The position numbers and the translations under genes are program-made. A stretch of DNA of 49,809 nucleotides from an uncultured Muribaculaceae bacterium. Lineage in GTDB: Bacteria; Bacillota_I; Bacilli_A; RF39; UBA660. Of the stretch, positions 1-8,389 are shown piece after piece. The stretch is taken from positions 1-49,809 of the forward strand of contig CAYYLF010000002.1 in assembly GCA_964472425.1 (NCBI GenBank). Reading direction: 5' to 3'. Below the pieces are notes generated by a model. It searched no databases, was not told where the DNA came from, and worked only from the letters and a program-made list of their open reading frames with translations. The stretch's first letter is position 1. Each line of letters begins with the position of its first letter.

Positions 1-416
1 ATCCCGAGTTCCTTATGTTAGAAATACCAAATCCCACAAGATTTGTGATTGAGCCGATTTTTTGATGAAAAAAATTTTTATTACATCCTTAATTTATGCT
101 GGGAGTTATGTCAATATAGGAGACTATAGGCAAAGGAGTAAAGCCTTTAAAAAACACGTCATTTTGGATTTGGAAAATAGAAAAATATGTGGACAGAAGG
201 CTAGTCTTTTATGTACTCAAATTTAGGAAAAGAGCACTGAGTTTTTTGTCAGTGTATAGTTGCAAATGAAGTAATTTGAAAGATAATGTGGTATGATTTA
301 GGAAAGTAAAAGTTAGCACAGTAATTGCATAAGAGAACGAAGATACGACAAAATTAGAAAGAGTTCCCAATTACAATGGTAACTAGGTCAAACAAAAAAA
401 AGGAGAAAAGATATAT

Positions 417-1130
417 ATGAAAAAAAGAATGGTCAAGCTTGTTGTATGTATAATAACGATATTTAGTATAGGAATTAGTATTTATATCGGAAAATCAGAT
501 GATACAAAGGAGAACGTTTCTAGTACGGAAAATAATGCAATTTCGATGTACATAGAAAATGATAATGGTGAATACATGACAAACCAAAGCTCTTCCTTTC
601 CTACCGATGGATATATCCTAAACACGAACAAATCAGCATGTGAAAATGGGGGAATCATAACTCAAGATGAAACTACAAAAGCGTTGAGCGTTCGAACATC
701 GCGAACAGATAGTTGTAATTTCTATTTTGATGTAGAACCTAAGCTTTTAAATTTCGTCTACGATTTGACCGAGATCGGAGGACCTTCAATAGGGGATACA
801 TTTTACGATGATATAACCGTTTCTTCGGTAGAAAGTGCTGCAAACAATATCGAAAAGTACCATATAAAGGTAATAAATCAGGGAAGAGAAATAACAGAAA
901 AAACAGAATATGTTTCGGAAGATTTTACTAATCTTCCATATACAAAAAGTTTGAGAAACATTATTCCTTATAGTGTCTATGAAGTTTGCATAATAATCGA
1001 AATGTACTATATTGATAAAAATGGGCATCAATCCAATGTATACACTTTGCCGGAAAATTATAAAGAAGAATGTATTATAGATATAGGCGACCCTGATATT
1101 CCATTGGAGCCTGATATTCCATTGGAGTGA
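417..1130 (+). CDS. Anchored/secreted protein, short member of the paralog family (N-terminal module only)
   Basis: AGGAG at 401-405 upstream of the ATG. Hydrophobic anchor VKLVVCIITIFSIGISIYIG. AISMYIENDNGEY..DGYILNTNKSACENGG..TKALSV..SCNFYFDV aligns with the N-module of 7014..8261 and 21697..22953. The C-terminus is unrelated and ends in a PDIPLE-PDIPLE duplication. Confidence 0.6.
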   Translation: MKKRMVKLVVCIITIFSIGISIYIGKSDDTKENVSSTENNAISMYIENDNGEYMTNQSSSFPTDGYILNTNKSACENGGIITQDETTKALSVRTSRTDSCNFYFDVEPKLLNFVYDLTEIGGPSIGDTFYDDITVSSVESAANNIEKYHIKVINQGREITEKTEYVSEDFTNLPYTKSLRNIIPYSVYEVCIIIEMYYIDKNGHQSNVYTLPENYKEECIIDIGDPDIPLEPDIPLE

Positions 1131-1156
1131 TTATTTTATAACTTAAAAAATTACAT

Positions 1157-1185
1157 TTGTATTTTACAATAAACTGTGTTATAAT
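1157..1185 (+). promoter_or_regulatory. Sigma-A-type promoter of the rimP-nusA-infB operon
   Basis: TTGTAT (1157-1162), 17-nt spacer ending in TGT, then TATAAT (1180-1185). Confidence 0.5.
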
Positions 1186-1205
1186 CAGTTTGTTAAACAG
1201 AAAGG

Positions 1206-1232
1206 AAGTGGGGAACGCAAACCCACTTTTAT
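1206..1232 (+). terminator. Leader stem-loop plus T-run between promoter and rimP (possible attenuator)
   Basis: AAGTGGG (1206-1212) pairs with CCCACTT (1222-1228), followed by TTTATT. It lies between the predicted -10 and the rimP start. Confidence 0.4.
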
Positions 1233-1250
1233 TAATGAATGGAGAAGTGT

Positions 1251-1505
1251 ATGAAGGAAAAACTAGACAAAATTAAAGAAGCCATCACAGGACCGATGGA
1301 ACGCATGAACATCATAGTAGACGAGATAATATACGTGACCGAAAACGGCTACAACTTTCTCAAAATCACTCTAGACAAAGTGAACGGACTCGACATGGAC
1401 ACCATAGTCGAAGCTACGAACGTCGTAAATCCGATAGTCGACGAACTTGACTTGATAGACGAAGAATACATACTAGACATATCTAGCAAAGAAAGAGGTA
1501 ATTAA
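1251..1505 (+). CDS. rimP: Ribosome maturation factor RimP, N-terminal domain only (short form)
   Basis: Sits immediately upstream of nusA. Pattern ...FLKITLDK.NG.D.D.....N..I...LD......Y.LDISS resembles the RimP N-domain. GGAG at 1241-1244 favours the ATG at 1251 over 1239. The stop is 2 nt before the nusA ATG. Confidence 0.6.
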   Translation: MKEKLDKIKEAITGPMERMNIIVDEIIYVTENGYNFLKITLDKVNGLDMDTIVEATNVVNPIVDELDLIDEEYILDISSKERGN

Positions 1506-1506
1506 A

Positions 1507-2661
1507 ATGGTTAAAAAAGAACTAGACGAAAAGAAAGCCAAGAAAAAAGCTGCCAGAGACTTCATCTCGAACGTTCATCTGATTGCTCAAGAAAAGGACA
1601 TCGACGAACAAGTCATCTTCGATGCGATGGAACAGGCGCTCATCACGGCCTATAAGAAAAACTACAATGCGAAAACCAACGTCAAACCGAAAATCGACCA
1701 GAAGACCGGCGAAATCAAGATTTTCACGTATTACGTAGTAGTAGAAGACTACGAAGATCCCGAAGTGACCGTCGACGAAGAAGGAAACGAAGTCGTCAAA
1801 GAACCGGAAGTCCCAGTTGACGCCCAAATACTTCTAGAAGATGCGCGTAAGAAAGTCCCAGACATAAACGTCGGAGAGACCATCGAAGAAGAAGTCACGC
1901 CTGACGACTTCGGTCGAGTAGCTGTTCAAACGGCCAAACAGGTCCTCATCCAAAAGATTAGGACGGCCGAACGCGAAAGCATCATGGCCGACTTCGATGG
2001 CAAAGAAGGCGAAATGATGATGGGCATGCTCGCCATGGAAGACGAGAAAAACTACTACGTCGACCTCGGCCGTGCTCGCGGAATACTCCCTAAATCCGAA
2101 ATGATTCCGAACGAAAAAGTCGAAATGGGTTCCAGCATCAAAGTCTACCTTCAAAAAGTCGAAGAGACTCCTAAAGGACCTCTCATCCTTTGCTCTCGAA
2201 AACACTACAACTTCGTAAGAAGACTCTTGGAAAGCGAAATTCCCGAACTCGTCGACGGTACTATCCTTCTCTATGGAGTCGCGCGTGAAGCAGGTCTTCG
2301 AAGCAAAGTCGCCCTCGCATCTACCGACGAACGCATAGACCCTATAGGCGCATGCATAGGAGAAAAGGGCACTAGAATCGCTTCCATTCTCCGCGAACTG
2401 AACGGTGAAAAAATCGACCTCGTTCTCTACTCGGATGACCCAGCCGAATTCATCAAAAATGCTCTTAGCCCTGCCAAAAATGTCTATGTTTCTATAGACA
2501 CCGAAGCCGAAAAGAACGAGGCCTTTGTAACTGTCTCGGACGACGAACTATCGCTCGCCATCGGCAAGAAGGGCTCCAACATCAGACTCGCAAGCAAACT
2601 TACGAAATATCACCTTACCGTCAAATCGATGAGTCAAGTCAACGAAGAAGGAAATAGATAA
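1507..2661 (+). CDS. nusA: Transcription termination/antitermination factor NusA
   Basis: S1-like segment GEMMMGMLAMEDEKNYYVDLGRARGILP. Two KH motifs (IGACIGEKGTRI, LAIGKKGSNIRLAS). Conserved operon position. Confidence 0.95.
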   Translation: MVKKELDEKKAKKKAARDFISNVHLIAQEKDIDEQVIFDAMEQALITAYKKNYNAKTNVKPKIDQKTGEIKIFTYYVVVEDYEDPEVTVDEEGNEVVKEPEVPVDAQILLEDARKKVPDINVGETIEEEVTPDDFGRVAVQTAKQVLIQKIRTAERESIMADFDGKEGEMMMGMLAMEDEKNYYVDLGRARGILPKSEMIPNEKVEMGSSIKVYLQKVEETPKGPLILCSRKHYNFVRRLLESEIPELVDGTILLYGVAREAGLRSKVALASTDERIDPIGACIGEKGTRIASILRELNGEKIDLVLYSDDPAEFIKNALSPAKNVYVSIDTEAEKNEAFVTVSDDELSLAIGKKGSNIRLASKLTKYHLTVKSMSQVNEEGNR

Positions 2662-2918
2662 TGGGTATGAAAAAAATCCCGATGCGTATGTGTGTCGTCA
2701 CGAGAGAAAAACTTCCCAAAAAGGAACTCTTGAGAATAGTCAAATTCGATGGCCGCGTCTCGGTCGACGAGACCGGTAAACAAAACGGCAAAGGCTGCTA
2801 CCTCAAGAAAGATAGAGAAGTCTTAGCCAAAGCCAAAAAGACGCACGTACTAGAAAGAGTTTTGGAAACTGAGATTCCAGATGAAATATATGAAGAAATC
2901 GAAAAATTCGTAGATTAG
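2661..2918 (+). CDS. ylxR: YlxR/RnpM family RNA-binding protein (DUF448)
   Basis: PMRMCVVTREKLPKKELLRIV...GKGCYL motif. Located between nusA and infB. Confidence 0.85.
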   Translation: MGMKKIPMRMCVVTREKLPKKELLRIVKFDGRVSVDETGKQNGKGCYLKKDREVLAKAKKTHVLERVLETEIPDEIYEEIEKFVD

Positions 2919-2936
2919 AAAGGATGTGACCCTCAT

Positions 2937-5039
2937 ATGTTTAGTGTAAAAGATTATGCTGAAGAAATGGGAATAACTGTACAGGAAGTACTAAAAAAAT
3001 GTGCTTTTTTAGGAATAAAGGCGACTTCCGCCTCCGACACTTTAGAAGAAGATGACGTCATCATGCTCGACAATGCGATAGACATACTAGACGCCGTCGA
3101 AGAAGAGAAAGTCGAATACAACTCCGACGAAGAAGAAGAAACCCTGGTCATCGAAAACGAAAAAAAAGATACGAGACGTGGAAAGAGCGACAAGCTCAAG
3201 AAAGGCTTCTCGACCGAAGCTAAAAACAACTACGCGAAGAAACGCAAAGAAATGTACAAAAACAAGAGCAAATTGACCTCGACGACGAATGCCGATGAGA
3301 CGGTCGCCTTATATAAGGAAGGTATGACGGTCGGAGAACTGGCTCAAACCCTCGGAGTTAATGGAAACGACATAATCATGAAACTTATGGGCATGGGACT
3401 CATGATGCCTATAAATCAAAGTATAGACTTCGAAAATGCCGAGATAGTTGCCCTCGAATACGGACGCACTCTCAAGAAAGAGAGCACCCAAGACGTATCC
3501 AACTTCGAAGAACTCGAGATAGTCGACAACGAAGCGGACCTCACATCTCGTCCACCGGTCGTCACCATCATGGGACACGTCGATCACGGCAAGACAACTC
3601 TATTGGACTACATCCGTAATTCGCACGTCGTCGACAAAGAATTCGGAGGCATCACCCAACACATCGGTGCCTACCAAATAACCTACGACGAAAAGAAGAT
3701 AACGTTCATCGATACCCCTGGACACGCCGCTTTCACCGAGATGCGTGCTCGCGGAGCCTCCATCACAGACATAGTCATCATAATAGTCGCGGCCGACGAC
3801 GGAGTCATGCCTCAAACTGAAGAAGCTATCGACCATGCCCTGAGTGCAGGCGTACCTATAATTGTGGCCGTCAACAAGATAGACAAACCGGAAGCCAACA
3901 CGGAACGCATCTACACCGAGATGGCCGCTCACAATATCACACCTGAAACGTGGGGTGGAAACATCCCATTTGTAAACATAAGTGCCAAGACCGGTGAAAA
4001 CGTCGAAGAGATACTGAAAACTATTTTGGCCATCGCCGAAATGAACGAGTACAAAGCCAACCCTAATCGCTATGCCAGCGGTACGGTCATCGAATCTCGC
4101 ATAGACAAGGCGAGTGGGGGAGTATCTAGCCTCCTCATTCAAAATGGAACACTTCGTCTTGGCGACCCGATAGTTGTAGGAACTGCTTTCGGAAAAGTCC
4201 GCACCATCAAAAACGACCTCGGCCAATCGATAGTCGAAGCGGGCCCTTCTACACCGGTCGAAATCACAGGATTGAACGGCAATCCTAGTGCAGGCGACAA
4301 ATTTATGGCCTTCGAATCAGAGAAACTCGCCAAAGAAGTCGCCAACAAACGAAGCGTAAACCAGAAGGCATCCAAATACAAGACCGACGTAGTCTCGTTC
4401 GAAGACCTCTTTAGCCAGATTCAATCGGGTGTCAAAGAGATAAACGTCATCCTGAAAGCCGACGTTCGCGGTTCCGAAGAAGCCGTCAAAAACGCTCTAT
4501 TGAAGATAGACGTCGAAGGCGTCAAGGTCAAAGTCATAAGAAGTGGAATAGGAGCTATTACCGAGTCCGACATAGTCCTCGCGAATGCTTCTAACGCCAT
4601 CGTCATCGGCTTCAATGTCGTCGCCTCTAACTCGACCAAAGAAGCCGCCAAAGAATACTCGGTCGAAACGCGACTTTACACGATTATCTACAAACTAGTC
4701 GAAGACATGGAAGCCGCGATGAAAGGTATGCTCGACCCTGAGTACGAAGAAAAAGTGACTGGCACGGCCGAAGTTCGCCAACTCTTCAAATTCTCTAAAG
4801 TCGGCACCATCGCCGGAGTCAAAGTCCAAAAAGACTCCATCAAGAACGGTTCTAAAGTTCGCGTCATCCGCGAAGGAACCATCATCTACGATGGTGTAAT
4901 CTCGAGCCTCCAAAGAGAAAAAGACTCTGTCAAAGAAGTCAAAGAAGGCTACGAATGCGGCGTTACCATCGAAAACTTTAACGACATAAAAGTTGGTGAC
5001 ATCTTCGAAACATACACCCTAGTCGAGGTCAAAAGATGA
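2937..5039 (+). CDS. infB: Translation initiation factor IF-2
   Basis: GTPase motifs [24 protein letters not shown]. Conserved C-terminal domains. Operon context. Confidence 0.97.
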   Translation: MFSVKDYAEEMGITVQEVLKKCAFLGIKATSASDTLEEDDVIMLDNAIDILDAVEEEKVEYNSDEEEETLVIENEKKDTRRGKSDKLKKGFSTEAKNNYAKKRKEMYKNKSKLTSTTNADETVALYKEGMTVGELAQTLGVNGNDIIMKLMGMGLMMPINQSIDFENAEIVALEYGRTLKKESTQDVSNFEELEIVDNEADLTSRPPVVTIMGHVDHGKTTLLDYIRNSHVVDKEFGGITQHIGAYQITYDEKKITFIDTPGHAAFTEMRARGASITDIVIIIVAADDGVMPQTEEAIDHALSAGVPIIVAVNKIDKPEANTERIYTEMAAHNITPETWGGNIPFVNISAKTGENVEEILKTILAIAEMNEYKANPNRYASGTVIESRIDKASGGVSSLLIQNGTLRLGDPIVVGTAFGKVRTIKNDLGQSIVEAGPSTPVEITGLNGNPSAGDKFMAFESEKLAKEVANKRSVNQKASKYKTDVVSFEDLFSQIQSGVKEINVILKADVRGSEEAVKNALLKIDVEGVKVKVIRSGIGAITESDIVLANASNAIVIGFNVVASNSTKEAAKEYSVETRLYTIIYKLVEDMEAAMKGMLDPEYEEKVTGTAEVRQLFKFSKVGTIAGVKVQKDSIKNGSKVRVIREGTIIYDGVISSLQREKDSVKEVKEGYECGVTIENFNDIKVGDIFETYTLVEVKR

Positions 5040-5374
5040 GCCTAAAAACTAAACGTATAGCTTCCGACATGATGCGTGCGATAAGCGTCATCCTAAACGA
5101 AGAAGCCGAAAACGAAATACTCAAAAAGGTGAGCATTACCGATTTAACAGTCGACTCCGACCTCACGTTCGCCAAAGTCTACTTCATGACGAGACTCGAC
5201 GACAAAGAAATGGTCGAGAGAGAATTGAACGAAGCTGCAAGTTTCATAAGAAAAGAACTCGCTCACTCGCTCAATTTGAGAAGTACCCCTGAGTTAAAAT
5301 TTGTCTACGACAAATCCTTAGATTACGGAGAAAGAATAGAAAGTATAATTGACAAAATAAACGAAGGAGAATAA
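5036..5374 (+). CDS. rbfA: Ribosome-binding factor A
   Basis: ATGA overlap with the infB stop. Size (112 aa), RIASDMMRAISVIL...ITDLTVDSDLTFAKVYF pattern, and position. Confidence 0.9.
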   Translation: MSLKTKRIASDMMRAISVILNEEAENEILKKVSITDLTVDSDLTFAKVYFMTRLDDKEMVERELNEAASFIRKELAHSLNLRSTPELKFVYDKSLDYGERIESIIDKINEGE

Positions 5375-5380
5375 TATAAA

Positions 5381-5908
5381 ATGACAATAAAAAATGCAAA
5401 AGACTTATCACCGAGAGAGTGGTACCTATTCTTGAAAGTCTATTCGAAATACTTTTCTAAAGTGTTCGTCGAAAGCAACAAAAATAGAGCGTTGAGCAAA
5501 GTAAAGCTTTACCTATGCTCAAACGGATATGCCGAACAAGAACTTCGCGACATAAAAGCCGGCTATCTCATTTCCTACGTAGGATTCGAGTATAGTCCTA
5601 AAAAGAGAGAAAACATTCCGGTCGGCTTCATGTCCGGATTCGAAACGGATAGTGGAATGCTCAATCTGCTCCACATATATGCAGTAGAACCTAGAAATCC
5701 ATCCGAGCTTCTTCCTCACATCCGCAGATTACAACTTCTAAAAGAACTGTACTCTGCCTTGGCATTAGAAGCCAAAAGTCGCGGTATGACCAAGGTTCAA
5801 ACGACTAGTGACCTCTTCGCACCTACGCTTACAGACGACCTCGAAAGCCTAGGCTTCGACCAACACGACATCGAAGGTACCGAAATAAACTATGGACGCG
5901 CTCTCTAA
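5381..5908 (+). CDS. Hypothetical protein (possible degenerate GNAT-like fold) inserted between rbfA and truB
   Basis: Long ORF on the operon strand that overlaps the truB start by 17 nt. No confident motif. Confidence 0.5.
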   Translation: MTIKNAKDLSPREWYLFLKVYSKYFSKVFVESNKNRALSKVKLYLCSNGYAEQELRDIKAGYLISYVGFEYSPKKRENIPVGFMSGFETDSGMLNLLHIYAVEPRNPSELLPHIRRLQLLKELYSALALEAKSRGMTKVQTTSDLFAPTLTDDLESLGFDQHDIEGTEINYGRAL

Positions 5909-6752
5909 TAAAGGAGGCCTCCTGATTGTCGACAAACCGCGAGGCCTCACCAGTCGAGACGTCGTAAATCGCGTCTCCAAAATACTCAAAACCAAAAAAA
6001 TAGGCCACACTGGAACACTCGATCCACTTGCGACGGGTGTTCTCATTTTGACTGTCGGCAAATGCACCAAACTCTCGGAATTCCTAACGAGCAAATACAA
6101 AGAATACGAAGCGACATTCACCTTGGGGTACGAGACCGACACTCTAGATAGCACGGGTCAAACTCTGAAGACGAGCACTCTTCGAGTCACCGAAGAACAA
6201 ATAAGAGAATCGGTACTTTCATTCAAAGGCACCTACCTTCAAGAAGTCCCGGCATACTCTGCGGTCAAAATAGACGGCAAGAAACTCTATGAATATGCTC
6301 GTTCTGGCCAAAAAATCGAACTCCCCAAAAGAGAAGTCGACATCCGCGATATAGAAATAATCTCCATTACAGAAAAAGAAGTGAGCATCCGTACGACCGT
6401 CTCGAAAGGCACCTATATCAGAAGTCTCATCCGCGACATAGGAGAAAAACTCGGCATCTATGCGACCATGACGAGCCTCAGACGAACCAAACAAGGAAAC
6501 ATCTCCATCGAAGACTCGACCACTTTAGAAGACATAGAGAAGGGCAACATAAATCTCATTCCACCCGTAGAAATACTCAAAGACGTCTACACAATCGACC
6601 TTGACGAATTCATGTACAAACAAGTCACGAACGGTATGAAGATGACCATCGATTCCAAAGAAGAATACATAAAATTCGTCTACGAAGGCGAACTGATTGC
6701 TCTTTACAAAAAAGAAAAAGACTTCTACAAAATGTACGTCAAATTTGACTAA
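5892..6752 (+). CDS. truB: tRNA pseudouridine(55) synthase TruB
   Basis: GLLIVDKPRGLTSRDVV...GHTGTLDPLATGVLIL catalytic Asp motif. A strong AAGGAGG at 5911-5917 lies inside the ORF, so a downstream non-ATG start (CTG 5922 / ATT 5925) is possible. Confidence 0.92.
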   Translation: MDALSNKGGLLIVDKPRGLTSRDVVNRVSKILKTKKIGHTGTLDPLATGVLILTVGKCTKLSEFLTSKYKEYEATFTLGYETDTLDSTGQTLKTSTLRVTEEQIRESVLSFKGTYLQEVPAYSAVKIDGKKLYEYARSGQKIELPKREVDIRDIEIISITEKEVSIRTTVSKGTYIRSLIRDIGEKLGIYATMTSLRRTKQGNISIEDSTTLEDIEKGNINLIPPVEILKDVYTIDLDEFMYKQVTNGMKMTIDSKEEYIKFVYEGELIALYKKEKDFYKMYVKFD

Positions 6753-6757
6753 TCACT

Positions 6758-6788
6758 CGGCACGATATTCGTGTCGTTTTTCTTTTTT
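6758..6788 (+). terminator. Rho-independent terminator after truB
   Basis: CGGCACGA-tat-TCGTGTCG hairpin followed by TTTTTCTTTTTT. Confidence 0.65.
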
Positions 6789-6852
6789 ATACAATACATA
6801 CGTTCCTATTTTCTCGTCCAAAAGCCCATAAATACAGCATTTAAAATTTTTC

Positions 6853-6883
6853 TTGACATCTTTCGGGGGGGGGGTGATAAAAT
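6853..6883 (+). promoter_or_regulatory. Promoter of paralog A with a G10 tract in the spacer
   Basis: TTGACA 6853-6858; G x10 6865-6874; TGA; TAAAAT 6878-6883. Spacer is 19 nt. Confidence 0.6.
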
Positions 6884-7013
6884 AGAAGCATAGAAGACTA
6901 AAGCAACCTCTTCGTCATAAGAAAAGGACACACGAGGAACTTATCAACAAAAAAATGTGAGGGCAGGAGGCCAGTCTTTTATGTACCCAAATTTTGGAAA
7001 GAGGAAAAAAGTG

Positions 7014-8261
7014 ATGAAGAAAAAATTGGTAATAATCTTATCTGTACTGGTAATATTTGGCTTTGGAATATATGTCGGTAGGGGACCGAGCAACCTCAAA
7101 AACATAACCAAAATACCATCCAGTTCGAGTAGTATGATTGCGATGTATATCCAAGACGAAGAAGGCAATTACAATTTGAGTAATGCACAAGAATTCCCGA
7201 AGGATGGATACGTACTCAATACCGAGAAGAGTAATTGCAAGAATGGTGGAGTGATAACTCAGAACGCCAGTACGAAGGCTTTGAGTTTGAAAGTCAAAAC
7301 GAGCGATGAATGCTCAGTATTCTTCGATGTTGAAACTCTCAAAGTTGGAGAAAGCGCAAGAACAATCTTAGCTAAAGCGAACGATGCAGGCATAACAACT
7401 TATAACAATGGAAACAAAAAAGAAATGTTCGTATTCGACCATCCGGAGGCAGAACAAACTACGGGCTGGACCGAAGAAGAAAGAAGAGACTACAGATACA
7501 TAGGAAATGAACCCAATAACTATATAACATTCAATGATGAAACCTGGAAAATTATAGGTGTATTTACTGTTGAGATAGAGAATGGTAATAAAGAGCAACT
7601 AATTAAAATAATAAGAAATGACTATATAGGAGTAGGTATGTGGAATAATCCTGCCTTCACAGGTATAAATGAATGGTCTTCGGCCTCATCACAAATTTTA
7701 TTAAATGAAGACTATTATAATCAAAGTGGAAGTTATACAAGTACAGCAAGTGTAAAAGGACTAAGTACTATAGCACGTGCCCAAATCGCGAAAGCAAAAT
7801 GGTATTTGGGTGGGCCGAATACGATGTCAAATTTAAATGGCTCAGACTATTATAATTTTGAGCGAAGCACGAGAACATGTATAACAGAAAATGTAACCGA
7901 ATGCAACAATCAAACAAGAACAACGAGTATAATGCAAAATGTAGGATTAATGTATCCTAGTGATTATTTATATACATTTTCGAACGGAGTAAACAACACT
8001 TGTTATTCCAACGGGCAAAATTGTCAAACTAGTAAAGGTGGAACCCCAAGTTTAAGTTGGTTATTTAAAGGTGATTATCAATGGACTCAAACTCCATATG
8101 CAGGTAATCATAATAGTGCAGTTTATATCTATAAAGACGGATATATTAGTTATGATTGCACTATAGGTAGATACTTTCGTCCTGCCCTCTATCTCAACTC
8201 TTCAGTCAAAATAACTGGTGGAGATGGCTCAGAAGGCAACCCTTACACCTTATCCGAATAA
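7014..8261 (+). CDS. Anchored/secreted surface protein, paralog A (N-module + C-module)
   Basis: GGAAAGAGGA RBS 8 nt before ATG 7014. Signal anchor KKLVIILSVLVIFGFGIYVG. C-module RDYRYIGNEPNNYITFNDETWKIIGVF...RPALYLNSSVKITGGDGSEGNPYTL is shared with 21697 and 35047. Cys-rich. Confidence 0.75.
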   Translation: MKKKLVIILSVLVIFGFGIYVGRGPSNLKNITKIPSSSSSMIAMYIQDEEGNYNLSNAQEFPKDGYVLNTEKSNCKNGGVITQNASTKALSLKVKTSDECSVFFDVETLKVGESARTILAKANDAGITTYNNGNKKEMFVFDHPEAEQTTGWTEEERRDYRYIGNEPNNYITFNDETWKIIGVFTVEIENGNKEQLIKIIRNDYIGVGMWNNPAFTGINEWSSASSQILLNEDYYNQSGSYTSTASVKGLSTIARAQIAKAKWYLGGPNTMSNLNGSDYYNFERSTRTCITENVTECNNQTRTTSIMQNVGLMYPSDYLYTFSNGVNNTCYSNGQNCQTSKGGTPSLSWLFKGDYQWTQTPYAGNHNSAVYIYKDGYISYDCTIGRYFRPALYLNSSVKITGGDGSEGNPYTLSE

Positions 8262-8270
8262 CACCAATAG

Positions 8271-8299
8271 GTAGAAGACTCAACACACTTCTACTTTTT
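8271..8299 (+). terminator. Rho-independent terminator after paralog A
   Basis: GTAGAAG (8271-8277) pairs with CTTCTAC (8288-8294), followed by TTTTT. Confidence 0.7.
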
Positions 8300-8336
8300 C
8301 TCATGCCACCAAGTGTACAATTTCCCCCAAATGACT

Positions 8337-8364
8337 TTGAAATCGACCTCGAGCATGATATAAT
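8337..8364 (+). promoter_or_regulatory. Extended -10 promoter of the vWA/XpaC-like/SBP/SPFH operon
   Basis: TTGAAA 8337-8342, 16-nt spacer, then TGaTATAAT (TG 8356-8357, TATAAT 8359-8364). It lies inside the long ORF-track reading frame, which argues for the ATG at 8390. Confidence 0.55.
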
Positions 8365-8389
8365 AGACTCAAGAGAGAATGTGATAAGA

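Noticed and set aside
1239-1505. rimP as a pseudogene
   Set aside because: There is no room for a frameshifted C-terminal half because nusA starts 2 nt after the stop. The short form looks like a genuine domain loss rather than a disrupted gene.
3600-4226. Long antisense/alternative-frame ORFs inside core genes (also e.g. 9512..10045, 26877..27512, 27615..28292, 30462..31073, 30593..31279, 43350..43727, 17030..17410, 18585..19070)
   Set aside because: They lie entirely within well-supported conserved genes on the other strand or frame, have low-complexity or odd composition, and are explained by codon bias that depletes stop complements.
6865-6874. Poly-G tracts as G-quadruplex elements or as pure assembly artefacts
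   Set aside because: A single G run cannot form an intramolecular quadruplex. An artefact cannot be excluded without reads, but two homologous promoters carrying the tract at the same position argue that it is real.
6957-7013. N-terminal extensions of paralogs A and B (MRAGGQSFMYPNFGKRKKV / MWAGSQPFMYPKYGKRKKV; second copy at 21640-21696)
   Set aside because: A strong GGAAAGAGGA RBS sits inside them at ideal distance from the MKKK ATG. A needs a GTG start while B uses an ATG offset by one nucleotide. The homologous stretch at 186-235 contains a stop. The conservation is best explained as a non-coding leader.
8303-8389. Upstream 29 codons of the vWA ORF
   Set aside because: An extended -10 promoter (8337-8364) lies inside this stretch, and the hydrophobic anchor begins right after the Met at 8390.
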